A stretch of 64,000 nt of DNA from an uncultured bacterium (GTDB taxonomy: Bacteria > Patescibacteriota > Minisyncoccia > Phycocordibacterales > GWA1-40-21), in contig CAIJNK010000008.1 in NCBI GenBank assembly GCA_903822075.1, positions 21,961 through 85,960 of the forward strand, written 5' to 3'. This document shows positions 37,337-47,889 of the stretch, one piece after another. Numbering within the stretch: position 1 is the first letter of the stretch; the number at the start of each line of letters is the position of its first letter. A model generated the notes under the pieces. The model saw nothing but the letters and a program-made list of their open reading frames with translations. It searched no databases and was not told the DNA's origin. The translations under genes and the position numbers were made by a program.

Positions 37337-37819
37337 ATGTTTGATAGTGACTTAGCTAAATTATACCAGGTAGAAACTAAGCAACTTAACCAAGCGGTAA
37401 AGAGGAACAAAGAAAGGTTTCCGGAGGATTTCATGTTTCAACTGAATGATTTAGAAACTTTAAACTTGAGGTCACAATTTGTGACCTCAAGTTTAGATAC
37501 CAATACTTCTCCAAGGTCACAATTTGTGACCTTGAACCATGGCGGAAGAAGAAATAATCCCTACGTTTTTACCGAAGAAGGCGTAGCCATGCTTTCTAGT
37601 GTTTTAAATAGCAAGAAAGCCATCCAAGTAAATATTCAAATCATCCGCACCTTCAAAAAACTGCGAGAAATATTGTCGGAAAATAAAAAACTCGCCGAGA
37701 AGCTGGAAAAAATGGAGAAAAAATACGACTCCAAAATCTCCGTCATCTTCGACGTCCTGAAATCCCTGATGACCGAAAAATCCAAACCAAAATCCGAAAT
37801 TGGTTTCTCCACAAAATAA
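37337..37819 (+). CDS. ORF6N-domain protein
   Basis: MFDSDLAKLYQVETKQLNQAVKRNKERFPEDFMFQL…HGGRR…FTEEGVAMLSSVL matches ORF6N; contains an internal duplicated palindrome. Confidence 0.65.
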   Translation: MFDSDLAKLYQVETKQLNQAVKRNKERFPEDFMFQLNDLETLNLRSQFVTSSLDTNTSPRSQFVTLNHGGRRNNPYVFTEEGVAMLSSVLNSKKAIQVNIQIIRTFKKLREILSENKKLAEKLEKMEKKYDSKISVIFDVLKSLMTEKSKPKSEIGFSTK

Positions 37820-38037
37820 TTTTCCAAAATAAAACCCCACTGATGTTACTCGGTGGGGGAGGGAAACATTGGATTTCCAAAGAACATCAAACGTCGCCAG
37901 TGTGCCAGTAATAATCTTTACCTGGACCCGGGTCTGGCAACTCATCCTTATCCTTGCTTGCTTCAGCCGCATTCGCTATGGTTTCCTGCCACTCCCTCTC
38001 CCTATCTTCCTCAATTGTTGTATTTGGGTCACACATG

Positions 38038-38316
38038 CTACACACTCCTTATCTTTCTTTCCATTTCTTGATACCAAACAGTTAGCGTGAATGTCCTTGC
38101 TAAACCTTCTGGATTTGTCGTCGAAATACCTCTTACTAAAAGTTTTCTCCTATATTTCCTCCTTTGTTTTATTAACCACTCTGTAGCGCGTTGCTGGCAT
38201 TCACCACCAGTAAAAGTCTCAAAATAGTCATAAACCATAATCAACTCCTCTCTGTTATCAAATACCTTTCTATCACCAGGATAGCAAACAACATTAGTGG
38301 TGGCTAATACCACCAT
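38038..38316 (-). CDS. hypothetical protein
   Basis: 92-aa ORF. Confidence 0.3.
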   Translation of the reverse strand: MVVLATTNVVCYPGDRKVFDNREELIMVYDYFETFTGGECQQRATEWLIKQRRKYRRKLLVRGISTTNPEGLARTFTLTVWYQEMERKIRSV

Positions 38317-38347
38317 TTTACTTGCATTATTTTAGAGCTTTGCTATA

Positions 38348-39094
38348 ATGACTAATATGTACGAAGAAACATTGGAAATGCTAGGTTTATCACCAAACGA
38401 GGCTAAAATATACAAGGCTTTATTGGAGCTAAAAAATGCCAACATCTGGAATATCAGCACTCATGCCCAAATACACAGAAGAAATACTTATGATGCCATC
38501 CAACGGCTAATGAACAAAGGTTTGGCCTATCAAATACTACCCAAAAAGACATTAACTTATGCTCCGGTCCATCCAGAAAAACTTCGTGAAATTGTTGAAG
38601 AAAAACAAAAAGAGCTTGAATCAGTGATGCCCGGCCTGGTCAGGCGATTCAGTGAAATAAATATAGAACAAACTATTTATGTCTATAAAGGCATAGGTGG
38701 TTTAAAAAACTTCATAGATCTTATCATCAGAGAGAAAAGGGATATCTACGGCATTGGGAGCAAGGGAACATGGTTTGACCCAAGAATAAGAAACTTTGCA
38801 ACCAGAGCTCAGAAGAAATACATAAAGGCGGGGATAACAAGCCATTTGATATATGATCAGAATCTAGAGGGACATCCTGAGGTGATAAAAATAGTCGGTG
38901 GAAATAAAAAATTTCTGCCACAAAAATATTGCGGTGGTTCGTCCGTTGATATATTTGGCGATTATGTGGCAATTTACTCCGGAGTCGGCGTAAAATCGCT
39001 TGAACAAGATATCACGATTTTTATATTGAAAGATAAGACTCTGGCTAAAGATTATATGAGGTGGTGGCACTTCATCTGGGATATGCTCCCATAG
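38348..39094 (+). CDS. TrmB-like transcriptional regulator (paralog 4)
   Basis: HTH LEMLGLSPNEAKIYKALLEL; a -10 TATAAT lies 17 nt upstream. Confidence 0.6.
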   Translation: MTNMYEETLEMLGLSPNEAKIYKALLELKNANIWNISTHAQIHRRNTYDAIQRLMNKGLAYQILPKKTLTYAPVHPEKLREIVEEKQKELESVMPGLVRRFSEINIEQTIYVYKGIGGLKNFIDLIIREKRDIYGIGSKGTWFDPRIRNFATRAQKKYIKAGITSHLIYDQNLEGHPEVIKIVGGNKKFLPQKYCGGSSVDIFGDYVAIYSGVGVKSLEQDITIFILKDKTLAKDYMRWWHFIWDMLP

Positions 39095-39171
39095 AGTATG
39101 ATATACTTAGTCCAGGTTTTTTGTTTTATAAATTTCCTCTATTTTCCCTTAATCGAATATAAATAAACTAA

Positions 39172-40824
39172 ATGGGTTTTGCCAAAACTTATAGCGCGCA
39201 ACCAAGCGTTTTAGGGGCGCGGATTATCGACGTGGAAGTGGATATTTCCAAAGGATTGAATGCCTTAACCATTGTCGGGCTAGGGGACAAAAGTGTAGAA
39301 GAAAGCAAGGACAGGATCTCTTCGGCCATTAAAAATTCCGGCTTTAAATCACCCAAGCAGTGCAACCAAAAGGTAGTTATCTCGCTCGCACCAGCTGATT
39401 TTAAAAAAGAAGGACCGGTATTTGATCTGGCCATGGCCATTGCTTACCTGACAGCCAACGAAGAAATCTCTTTTGACCCAGGGGGTAAAATATTCCTGGG
39501 TGAACTTTCCCTGGACGGTAATTTGCGAAAAATCAGCGGCGTATTACCGGCGGTAGCTGAAGCCAAGAAAAAAGGTTTTACGGAAATTTACTTACCGAAA
39601 GAAAACGCCCGCGAAGCCGCCCTGATTTCTGATGTTTTAATTTACGGCGCAGAAACCTTGGAGGAAATAATCACGCATTTGAGCCTGGTTGATGAAAAAA
39701 ATGACCACATTGATAATGCTGACCCGGAATGTTTTGAAGCAGAGGAGCTGAAAAATACAGGCACCTTACAAAAAATAAATGGGCAAACAAAAAATCGGTT
39801 TCACGAATATTCACAAAAGATAAAAAGTCAGATCAAAACCAAAATTGATTACCCGGATGAGGAAAATGAAATTGATTTCTCCGACGTGGTCGGGCAGGAG
39901 AGTGCCAAACGCGGACTGGAAATCGCGGCGGCCGGAGGACACAATATCGCCATGTACGGCCCGCCCGGCACCGGTAAGACCATGTTGGCCAAAGCTTTTT
40001 CCGGTATCTTACCTCCGCTGTCTTTTGAAGAAATTATTGAAATCACTGGTATCCATTCCGTGGCCGGAGTCTTAAAAGGAGACCTGGTTTGTGTGCCCCC
40101 TATTCGCGCTCCACACCACACCGCATCTTACGTATCACTCGTGGGTGGCGGGGCGATTCCCAAACCAGGCGAAGTGACTTTGGCGCATAGAGGAGTCTTG
40201 TTTCTCGATGAGTTTCCCGAGTTTGATAAGAAAGTATTGGAAACCTTACGCCAACCGTTGGAAGAAAGGGAGATCAGTATTTCCCGCGCGCGCGGCTCCA
40301 TTACCTTCCCGGCCAATTTTATTTTGATTGCCGCCATGAACCCCTGTCCTTGTGGTAATTATGGCTCCAAAACAAAGGAGTGCATCTGCCGGGCCATAGA
40401 CCTGTTAAAATACCAACGAAAAATTTCCGGCCCGATCATGGACCGGATAGACATGTGGGTAGAAGTTTCACAGATTAACCACGCAGACTTGTCTGGACGC
40501 AAAAGTGACAACCAGAAAAAGTCTAACTCCGTAATTAGAAATAGGATTTCTCTTGCCCGGGCGATGCAAACAGAAAGATTTTCTAAATTGAAACGTAAGA
40601 TAAAAACCAACAGTGACATGAGCTCAAAAGAGCTATCCAATCTGATTGAATTATCAAAAGAGGTAAAGGATGTTTTAGATAAAAGTGCTGCCAAGCTGGC
40701 CCTTTCCGCTCGCGCTTACCACCGAGTTATAAAACTTGCCCGTACTATCGCGGACTTGGAACAGAAAAAGGAGATCGGCCTCCCGCACATTCTGGAAGCA
40801 CTGCAATACCGACCAAAGAATTAA
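39172..40824 (+). CDS. comM: YifB/ComM-family Mg-chelatase-like AAA+ ATPase
   Basis: N-terminal Lon-like domain, Walker A GPPGTGKT and Walker B FLDEFPE. Confidence 0.85.
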   Translation: MGFAKTYSAQPSVLGARIIDVEVDISKGLNALTIVGLGDKSVEESKDRISSAIKNSGFKSPKQCNQKVVISLAPADFKKEGPVFDLAMAIAYLTANEEISFDPGGKIFLGELSLDGNLRKISGVLPAVAEAKKKGFTEIYLPKENAREAALISDVLIYGAETLEEIITHLSLVDEKNDHIDNADPECFEAEELKNTGTLQKINGQTKNRFHEYSQKIKSQIKTKIDYPDEENEIDFSDVVGQESAKRGLEIAAAGGHNIAMYGPPGTGKTMLAKAFSGILPPLSFEEIIEITGIHSVAGVLKGDLVCVPPIRAPHHTASYVSLVGGGAIPKPGEVTLAHRGVLFLDEFPEFDKKVLETLRQPLEEREISISRARGSITFPANFILIAAMNPCPCGNYGSKTKECICRAIDLLKYQRKISGPIMDRIDMWVEVSQINHADLSGRKSDNQKKSNSVIRNRISLARAMQTERFSKLKRKIKTNSDMSSKELSNLIELSKEVKDVLDKSAAKLALSARAYHRVIKLARTIADLEQKKEIGLPHILEALQYRPKN

Positions 40825-40842
40825 TTATTAAAAAAAGATTAT

Positions 40843-42030
40843 TTAGAACGGGTTCTTGGCCCCACGAACTTCAAAGTGGAGGTGTGGACCGGTGGACTTG
40901 CCGGTATTACCGGAATAACCAATCAACTGACCTTGTTTGACAACCTGGCCGACAGCAACCTCCGGATCACTCATATGGCCATAAACAGTTTGTGTACCGT
41001 TTGGATGTTGTATAACCACATATTCACCGTAGCCACCGTTATAACCAGAACTCTTGCTGATGATGATAGTTCCGTCGGCGGCCGCATAAAGAGGGGAACC
41101 AACTGGCATGCCGTAATCCACCGCATTGTGTCCATGCAGACCTTGGGTCCTATGACCGCCAACAAATGGTTTCATATAGTAGCTGTCATAGTCGGGAAGA
41201 GTGTTCACGTTTACGAGCAGTGGCTCAGAAAGTTTTCCACTCACTGGCTTTTTAGAGACTGGAGCTGGAGCGACATAAGAAGCTTCGCCATCCGGAATCA
41301 TAATAGTGTCACCAATAGTCAGTTTGTCATTCACAGCCAAGTCATTGAAGTTGGCAACTTCTGTAACATCCCCGCCATATTTCTTGGCAATGGAGTTCAA
41401 GGTATCGCCAGCAGCCACAGTATGCATTACTCCAGAGATAGGCAGAATTATCAAATTTTGTCCTTCCTTAAGGGCTGACCCTTTGGACATATTGTTGGCC
41501 CAAAGTATGGTATTAACCGAAACATCAAACATTTTGGCGACAGAGGCCAAAGTATCCCCACTTCTCACGGTATAAGTACTAATCTGATCACTAGAAGTAT
41601 CGGCCTTGTCTGGTGCTTCGGTGGATGGCCCAACTTCTGGCAATAAAGCTTCGCCTCCATCAATAGTCATCTCCGTACTTGCTTTTAAAGAGGGGTCAAA
41701 GTTCGTGGCTGGTTCAGGCAAAGGCATATCTTGCGAGCTAGAACCGATAGTTGATTCCGTTTGAGCCGAAGCCTCTTGGCCACTAAAGAGACCAGAAATG
41801 AAAGAAATAACTCCGGCATGTGTGGTGGCAGGAGTTATTAACACGCTAAAAATTAAGGCCGAAAGCAAAAAAAGCTTTCCTAGGGACAGCTGAACACGCT
41901 TATTTACTATAATTTGAGGTTTAAAATCCATAATCGAGGCAGCTTGTAAATCGGAAAAGTGGTAATCTGAGGGAAAAGTCTTTAAGACCAGTGGACTGCC
42001 TACCCCAATACAATAGCAGAAAAGGGGCAT
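40843..42030 (-). CDS. LysM-domain M23 peptidoglycan endopeptidase
   Basis: Two LysM repeats (YTVRSGDTLASVA; HTVAAGDTLNSIA) plus M23 motifs HNAVDY…GNTGKSTGPHLHFE. Confidence 0.8.
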   Translation of the reverse strand: MPLFCYCIGVGSPLVLKTFPSDYHFSDLQAASIMDFKPQIIVNKRVQLSLGKLFLLSALIFSVLITPATTHAGVISFISGLFSGQEASAQTESTIGSSSQDMPLPEPATNFDPSLKASTEMTIDGGEALLPEVGPSTEAPDKADTSSDQISTYTVRSGDTLASVAKMFDVSVNTILWANNMSKGSALKEGQNLIILPISGVMHTVAAGDTLNSIAKKYGGDVTEVANFNDLAVNDKLTIGDTIMIPDGEASYVAPAPVSKKPVSGKLSEPLLVNVNTLPDYDSYYMKPFVGGHRTQGLHGHNAVDYGMPVGSPLYAAADGTIIISKSSGYNGGYGEYVVIQHPNGTQTVYGHMSDPEVAVGQVVKQGQLIGYSGNTGKSTGPHLHFEVRGAKNPF

Positions 42031-42132
42031 TAAAACAAGATTAAGGGGGCTTGCCTGTGGATATCTTTAGGCGTATTTTGGCTTAAAATAAGGGTTTTTT
42101 GGCTAGGTAAAGGAAAACAACTATGCTATGAT

Positions 42133-44106
42133 ATGTCAATGAATCAAAACAATGAAATTCAGGATTACTTGGCTGGGCTCAACCCGGGTCAGAAAGAGGC
42201 CGTTTTACACACCGAAGGACCGCTTTTAATCTTTGCCGGGGCAGGAGCGGGTAAAACCAAGACTGTTACCCATAGAATAATGCATTTAATCAAGTCTGGG
42301 GTTGAACCCAGGAACATTTTGGCCATCACCTTTACCAATAAAGCGGCCAAGGAGATGCGGGATCGAGTTCTGACTGCCTTAGAAAAAGAAAGGGGGCTCA
42401 CAGGAACTTCCTTCCAAGAAAAACCTTTCGTCAGTACCTTCCACTCACTCGGCGTGCACATCCTGAAAGAAAACAGCCGGGAGATCGGCCTTACCCGCCA
42501 TTTTTCCATTTTTGATAAGAGTGATTCCTTGAGGACAGTCAAAGATATTGTCCGAGATATGGGACTTGATCCAAAACAGCACGAACCAGGCAAGATCTTG
42601 AACATTATTTCTCGGGAAAAAGGAAATCTAAAAAATGCCGCAGATTTTGCCGAGTCTATCCAAGGAGAAAACAACACTGCCCAACACAGCCTCATCTCCC
42701 GCGTTTGGACCGAGTACGAAAGAAAGCTGAAAGAGGAAAAATCTTTGGATTTTGACGACCTACTGCTTAAAACCTACAAACTGCTTAAAAACAGCAAAGA
42801 GATTTTGGAGAAATACCAAAATATCTGGAAATACATTCACATCGACGAGTATCAAGACACCAACAAGGTGCAGTATATGACCGTCAAACTGTTGGCGGAA
42901 AAACATCAGAACCTCTGCGTGGTTGGGGATATTGATCAGAACATTTATTCCTGGCGTGGAGCGGACATAAAAAATATTTTAAATTTTGAAAAAGATTACC
43001 CAAGGGCCAAGGTCGTTTTATTAGAGGAAAATTACCGTTCCACGCAAAATATCCTGGCCGCCGCCAACAGCATCATTAAGATAAACACCAACCGAGTAGA
43101 AAAAAACCTTTTTACAAAAAATGCCGAGGGGGAAAAATTATCCCTATATGCCGGCTACAACGAAAATGAAGAAGCGCACTACATCGCCAACAAGGCAAAG
43201 GAACTCATTGGCAAAGGTGTTTCAGCCAAAGAAATTGCCGTACTGTACCGGGCAAACTTTCAAAGCCGAATACTGGAAGATGCTTTTCTGACTAAAAGTG
43301 TCCCGTACCAAGTCCTCGGGACAAAATTCTTTGAGCGAAAGGAGGTTAAAGATGTTATTTCTTTTGTTCGAGCCGGATTAAACCCGGACAGTATGACGGA
43401 TATCAAAAGAATCATCAACGTACCGGTGCGGGGGATAGGCAAGGTAACTATCATCAAAATTTTTGCCGGGCAAAAGGAAGAGTTGCCGTCCGGAACAAAA
43501 ATAAAAGTAAACCAGTTTTTTGACTTGCTGAAAAAAATTGGTGAGTTAGCTCTGACGACTAAACCTTCAGAGGTAATCAAATTTATTATTAAGGAGAGTG
43601 GGATAGAAAAGGAACTGAGAGACGGAAGCGACGAGGATAAGGAAAGACTTGAAAATATGAGAGAATTGGCCACTTTAGCCATCAAATACGACCACCTACC
43701 GGTGGGTGAAGGAATAGAAAAATTGATCGAGGAGGCGGCACTGGCCACGGACCAGGACAGCCTGGAGAAGAACGAGGAAGCGGTAAAACTCCTGACGGTC
43801 CACGCCTCCAAAGGTCTGGAATTTGACTATGTTTTTATTACCGGTTTGGAAGAAGACTTGTTTCCGCACCAAAGGATGAACACCACCAAAAATAAGGAGG
43901 ATAATGAGGAGGAAAGGCGCTTGTTTTACGTAGCGCTGACTCGCGCGCGGAAGAAAGTATTTCTCACTTACGCCAATACTCGGACCATCTTTGGTTCGAC
44001 TCAATCAAACACACCCTCCCAGTTCATAGGAGATGTGCCTGAAGATCTAATAGAACAGGACCAGACATTTGAATATCGGGAGAAGATAATTTACTTGGAA
44101 TTGTAG
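42133..44106 (+). CDS. pcrA: ATP-dependent DNA helicase UvrD/PcrA family
   Basis: Motif I AGAGAGKTKT; motifs II to VI are also present; 657 aa. Confidence 0.85.
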   Translation: MSMNQNNEIQDYLAGLNPGQKEAVLHTEGPLLIFAGAGAGKTKTVTHRIMHLIKSGVEPRNILAITFTNKAAKEMRDRVLTALEKERGLTGTSFQEKPFVSTFHSLGVHILKENSREIGLTRHFSIFDKSDSLRTVKDIVRDMGLDPKQHEPGKILNIISREKGNLKNAADFAESIQGENNTAQHSLISRVWTEYERKLKEEKSLDFDDLLLKTYKLLKNSKEILEKYQNIWKYIHIDEYQDTNKVQYMTVKLLAEKHQNLCVVGDIDQNIYSWRGADIKNILNFEKDYPRAKVVLLEENYRSTQNILAAANSIIKINTNRVEKNLFTKNAEGEKLSLYAGYNENEEAHYIANKAKELIGKGVSAKEIAVLYRANFQSRILEDAFLTKSVPYQVLGTKFFERKEVKDVISFVRAGLNPDSMTDIKRIINVPVRGIGKVTIIKIFAGQKEELPSGTKIKVNQFFDLLKKIGELALTTKPSEVIKFIIKESGIEKELRDGSDEDKERLENMRELATLAIKYDHLPVGEGIEKLIEEAALATDQDSLEKNEEAVKLLTVHASKGLEFDYVFITGLEEDLFPHQRMNTTKNKEDNEEERRLFYVALTRARKKVFLTYANTRTIFGSTQSNTPSQFIGDVPEDLIEQDQTFEYREKIIYLEL

Positions 44107-44166
44107 GTAAGAAAAAGGGCGTTTACGGTCTTATAACACGTAAACGCCCAAACTGTCCAACCCCGC

Positions 44167-44916
44167 TCAAAGCGAGAAAGTACAGGACTCGATGGTCAGA
44201 CCCGACTCCGCCAATCGTTGATCAAAAAAACCGTGCACCAACCTGGCAAACCTCTCCTGATGCTCTTTGTTCAGTGGATTGTAGAGTTCGGCCAGGTCCC
44301 GTGAATGAACTTCAATGAAGTCATAAAGCAGGCTCTTCACTGCGTCTCCCCATCCTAGTCCACTTTCACAATACGAAGGTTGAGACAAATAGGCCCTGCC
44401 GAACTTGTCTTCGCCGGCAAAATGGATCACCCGCTGGAAGCCAGCGACGGTTTCTTCCATCACTTTAAGCTGCAACTGACAGATGATATCGCGAACTTTT
44501 GGATTACTGGTCACAGGGTGAGCAACGATCCTTAGGCTACCGCTTTCGGCAATCCTTGTCACCAAGTAACTCTCACCGAGAACCGGATGTGTATCTCGTA
44601 AATAAGTGACCTTATCCAACACCTCTTCAACTTTCTGGGTAATCTTGCTGTAGATCACCGTCCCGGCCCGGAGTTTAGTAACAAAAATGTGACACTCGTC
44701 CGACCAGTAGTTGAGACTGAAAAATAAGAAGCCGATGAATCCTATAAAGACTGAGAATCCTTGGATGCCCTCATCTGTCCACGAACCGTTGCTCCAACCT
44801 GCGGTCAGCCTGCAGAAACAGACAACGATAACGATAAAAACAGGCAGGATCAAACCAACGATCAACGAACCGAGGAACCTCCAAGAATACGCCGACAAAC
44901 TGTTTGCAGCTTTCAT
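44167..44916 (-). CDS. hypothetical membrane protein (GC-richer)
   Basis: 249-aa ORF with 2 N-terminal TM helices. Confidence 0.4.
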   Translation of the reverse strand: MKAANSLSAYSWRFLGSLIVGLILPVFIVIVVCFCRLTAGWSNGSWTDEGIQGFSVFIGFIGFLFFSLNYWSDECHIFVTKLRAGTVIYSKITQKVEEVLDKVTYLRDTHPVLGESYLVTRIAESGSLRIVAHPVTSNPKVRDIICQLQLKVMEETVAGFQRVIHFAGEDKFGRAYLSQPSYCESGLGWGDAVKSLLYDFIEVHSRDLAELYNPLNKEHQERFARLVHGFFDQRLAESGLTIESCTFSL

Positions 44917-45045
44917 TTTCTCCTCCTTTTTCGCTTGCTCTTAGCCTTTTGGCCAAATTCTGCCGAGCAATAGGCAAGTCAAAGATCAAAACTACTAACT
45001 GGAAGTTAAGCATAAATGACGTTAAAAGTCAATAGATAAAAAATA

Positions 45046-45864
45046 ATGGTCGGTGGTAGGATAAGTGGAATGAAAGCAAAAAAATCATTGGGGCAGAACT
45101 TTTTGAAGTCCAAGGTGGCTTTGTTTAAGATGCTTGAGGCGGGGGAGGTGAATGATGCCGATACTATCTTGGAAGTTGGCCCCGGCAAAGGCGCGTTAAC
45201 GGAAAAACTCTTGGAAAAGGCCAAGAAAGTGATTGCCGTGGAAAAAGATGACCGCTTGATTTCCTTTTTGCAAGAAAAATTTGTCGCAGAAGTAACCGCC
45301 GGTAAGCTCGCTATTGTTCATGAGGATATTTTAGATTTTACTCCTTCTGATCACCAGCTAGCCACCCAAAACTATAAGATAATTGCCAATATTCCGTATT
45401 ACATTACCGGCCAATTTTTGCGGAAATTTTTGGAAACGGCCAATCAGCCGGAAAAGATAGTGGTGATGGTTCAAAAGGAAATTGCCGACCGGATAGTGGC
45501 GAGAGACGGCAAAGAAAACCTGCTCTCCCTGTCCATTAAGGCTTTTGGCGCGCCTAAAAAAATAATGAAAGTGGACAAGGAAAATTTCTCACCGTCACCC
45601 AAAGTAGATTCCGCTATTCTTTTGATCGACAAGATTTCAAAAAGTTTTTTCTTGGACAACAAAATTACCGAGGAAAATTTCTTTACCGTCATCCACGCCG
45701 GTTTTGCCCACAAAAGAAAAATGCTCTTCGGTAATCTGAAAAGCATTTTCTCCAACAAAGACTTGACTCAAATTTTTACAACTTGCGGAATACCGGTGAA
45801 GGCCCGCGCTGAGGACTTACCTCTTCAAAAGTGGGTTCCCCTTATTAATGACCTGTTGTCGTAG
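45046..45864 (+). CDS. rsmA: 16S rRNA (adenine1518/1519-N6)-dimethyltransferase
   Basis: SLGQNFL… ILEVGPGKGALT motifs; an alternative start is the ATG at 45070. Confidence 0.85.
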   Translation: MVGGRISGMKAKKSLGQNFLKSKVALFKMLEAGEVNDADTILEVGPGKGALTEKLLEKAKKVIAVEKDDRLISFLQEKFVAEVTAGKLAIVHEDILDFTPSDHQLATQNYKIIANIPYYITGQFLRKFLETANQPEKIVVMVQKEIADRIVARDGKENLLSLSIKAFGAPKKIMKVDKENFSPSPKVDSAILLIDKISKSFFLDNKITEENFFTVIHAGFAHKRKMLFGNLKSIFSNKDLTQIFTTCGIPVKARAEDLPLQKWVPLINDLLS

Positions 45865-47809
45865 CGGTACTGGTGGCAATATTTGGTACTCCATTAATAC
45901 CATAATCCCAGGAGGTCCCGAACTCTTGAATATAACCCAACTTCTTATAATAAAGATGGCTAACAAAAGGGTTTAAGCTGGGGCCGCTAAGATAGTAGGA
46001 ACAACTTGGACCACCGCTGTTCAACGCGTAACCTAAAATGGGTTTAGCAACGATAAAAGGTTGGGCCTTGGTAGTACCGCTACTTGAAGTGGTTGTGGCT
46101 AATTTTTCTTTAGCATAATAGACATACCAGCCGGTAAAAGGCTTGACTCCTTCAATCTCTATTCTCAATGTCGCCGGCTTCACCCCAGCGCAAAGACCAA
46201 CACCAGAAATCGTTCCGGCGAAGACAGTCTTGCCAACCAGTTTCTTTTCTATTTCTGCCATATCTGGAAGTGTCGAGCTGGCCGATTCGTCATCTGCAGC
46301 CAATTGGTCCTGTATATCAGCAAGATCCTGATCTGTGGTACTAGCAAAATCTGAAGACAGGTCGTCGGTGAGGGACAGGGTAGCAATGTCGGCAACTGGT
46401 CCTCCTAAACCACCGCTACAGACTAGCCTAAATTGGGTGGAAGTTGATAATCTCAACCATTCAAAACCATTGGTCGTCTTGGTTCCACTCCAACCTGAAA
46501 CGCTAGGGGAAGAGGAGGCGATACAACTATCAACGTTTTGCGCTACCCAGGAAATCAGATACTCCCCGCCGTTTCCTGAACCGGATGAATAGTCGACGTA
46601 ATCGTCTTGTGAATTTATCTTCACATCCACGGAAGGAGAACCGTCCGATAAATTACCATTATCAGTTGAGGTAGAAACTGAAGTATCCTCTGTAGAGGTT
46701 GAAGTGTCACCGGAAGTATCTGCGTTACCAATATCGGTTCCAAGGGAAACATCAACCGAATCCGTAACTGAACCACTAGGACCGGAACAAGTAATAGTAT
46801 AGCGGCTGGAACTGGCAACAGATACGGTTAGCGAGCCGTTGGCCGCTCGAGTACCATTGGCAAAAACACAAGAAGTAACATTGTAGGAACTCCAAGAGAA
46901 TGTCACGTTGGCGGGAGACATCATAAACAGCATGCCGTATTGATTATTAGCTTTTAGATTCACATAAGAAACATCGGCAGCGTTTTGCGGATTAACAAAA
47001 GTAAAAGGATTATAATTCCCCGAATTAGAATAATTACCGGAATTGGAGTAGTTTGAGTTAGAGTTACCGTTTGATGAGGAATTTACGGTAGAAGAACAGC
47101 CCATTGCCGACCGAGCGGCCGTGGCTTTATTTGCCGATACGGCGCCAATATTTATTAAGAGTTCGACAAACTGACAGGTGGTGGAAGTAGTACAACTAAG
47201 AGCCGAACGAGCCAAAGCGACTTTACTAGGGGCAATGGCACCAATACTGATCAAAAGTTCGACAAATTGGCACGAGGTCATGGTCGACTGGCCCACAGTT
47301 GAGGCAGATGAGGAGGAATAGGTGCTGCTACCAGTATTGGCGCTTGCGCCCCCTCGACTTTGAGGTGAACCAACAGAATCATCAGTGGTCATCACTCCAA
47401 TCAAAAGGTTCAGCTTGGTTCTGGTGGCCTTATTGACCACTCCGTTGGCGGCTGTCAGACCACTTTGGGCAAAAATGACGTCTTTATACTTATTTTGAAA
47501 CTTAATAACGGCGAGCTTGGTCATTTCACCATAGTAAGTGGTCTCTTTTCCCTTAGAGCCCACATTATCAGTGGCAACAATGGTGTCTACATCCGCATTC
47601 AGCACTTTTTGCAATTCTTTCACAGCGGGATCAGTATCACCCGGCGCCAAATCCATCTTGAAGGAAAAGCCGGAGGTTACGACGTCTCCAAAACTTTCAA
47701 TATTTCCAATTATCCTAGCTTCGGCTTTTGGCGTAAAAGAATAAAGACCGATCAAGAATAAAAAAGAGAGAGAAAAGAGAACCGCCACTGTGATAAATTT
47801 ATTGTGCAT
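45845..47809 (-). CDS. secreted protein with peptidoglycan-binding-like domain and tandem Cys-containing repeats
   Basis: Signal peptide; PG-binding-like segment DPAVKELQKVLN…; repeats TxCQFVELLI(S/N)IGA…; S/T-rich. Confidence 0.5.
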   Translation of the reverse strand: MHNKFITVAVLFSLSFLFLIGLYSFTPKAEARIIGNIESFGDVVTSGFSFKMDLAPGDTDPAVKELQKVLNADVDTIVATDNVGSKGKETTYYGEMTKLAVIKFQNKYKDVIFAQSGLTAANGVVNKATRTKLNLLIGVMTTDDSVGSPQSRGGASANTGSSTYSSSSASTVGQSTMTSCQFVELLISIGAIAPSKVALARSALSCTTSTTCQFVELLINIGAVSANKATAARSAMGCSSTVNSSSNGNSNSNYSNSGNYSNSGNYNPFTFVNPQNAADVSYVNLKANNQYGMLFMMSPANVTFSWSSYNVTSCVFANGTRAANGSLTVSVASSSRYTITCSGPSGSVTDSVDVSLGTDIGNADTSGDTSTSTEDTSVSTSTDNGNLSDGSPSVDVKINSQDDYVDYSSGSGNGGEYLISWVAQNVDSCIASSSPSVSGWSGTKTTNGFEWLRLSTSTQFRLVCSGGLGGPVADIATLSLTDDLSSDFASTTDQDLADIQDQLAADDESASSTLPDMAEIEKKLVGKTVFAGTISGVGLCAGVKPATLRIEIEGVKPFTGWYVYYAKEKLATTTSSSGTTKAQPFIVAKPILGYALNSGGPSCSYYLSGPSLNPFVSHLYYKKLGYIQEFGTSWDYGINGVPNIATSTATTTGH

Positions 47810-47889
47810 AGTGCTTTAAAATTAATAAAATTAATAAAATTAATAATCACTGTATTTTATCATAGATACTTGGTATAATCTATCCACTT

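Noticed and set aside
37750-37790. CTGATGA…GAAA inside the ORF6N coding region
   Set aside because: No stem I or II pairing and no flanking stem III; it is a chance occurrence within coding sequence.
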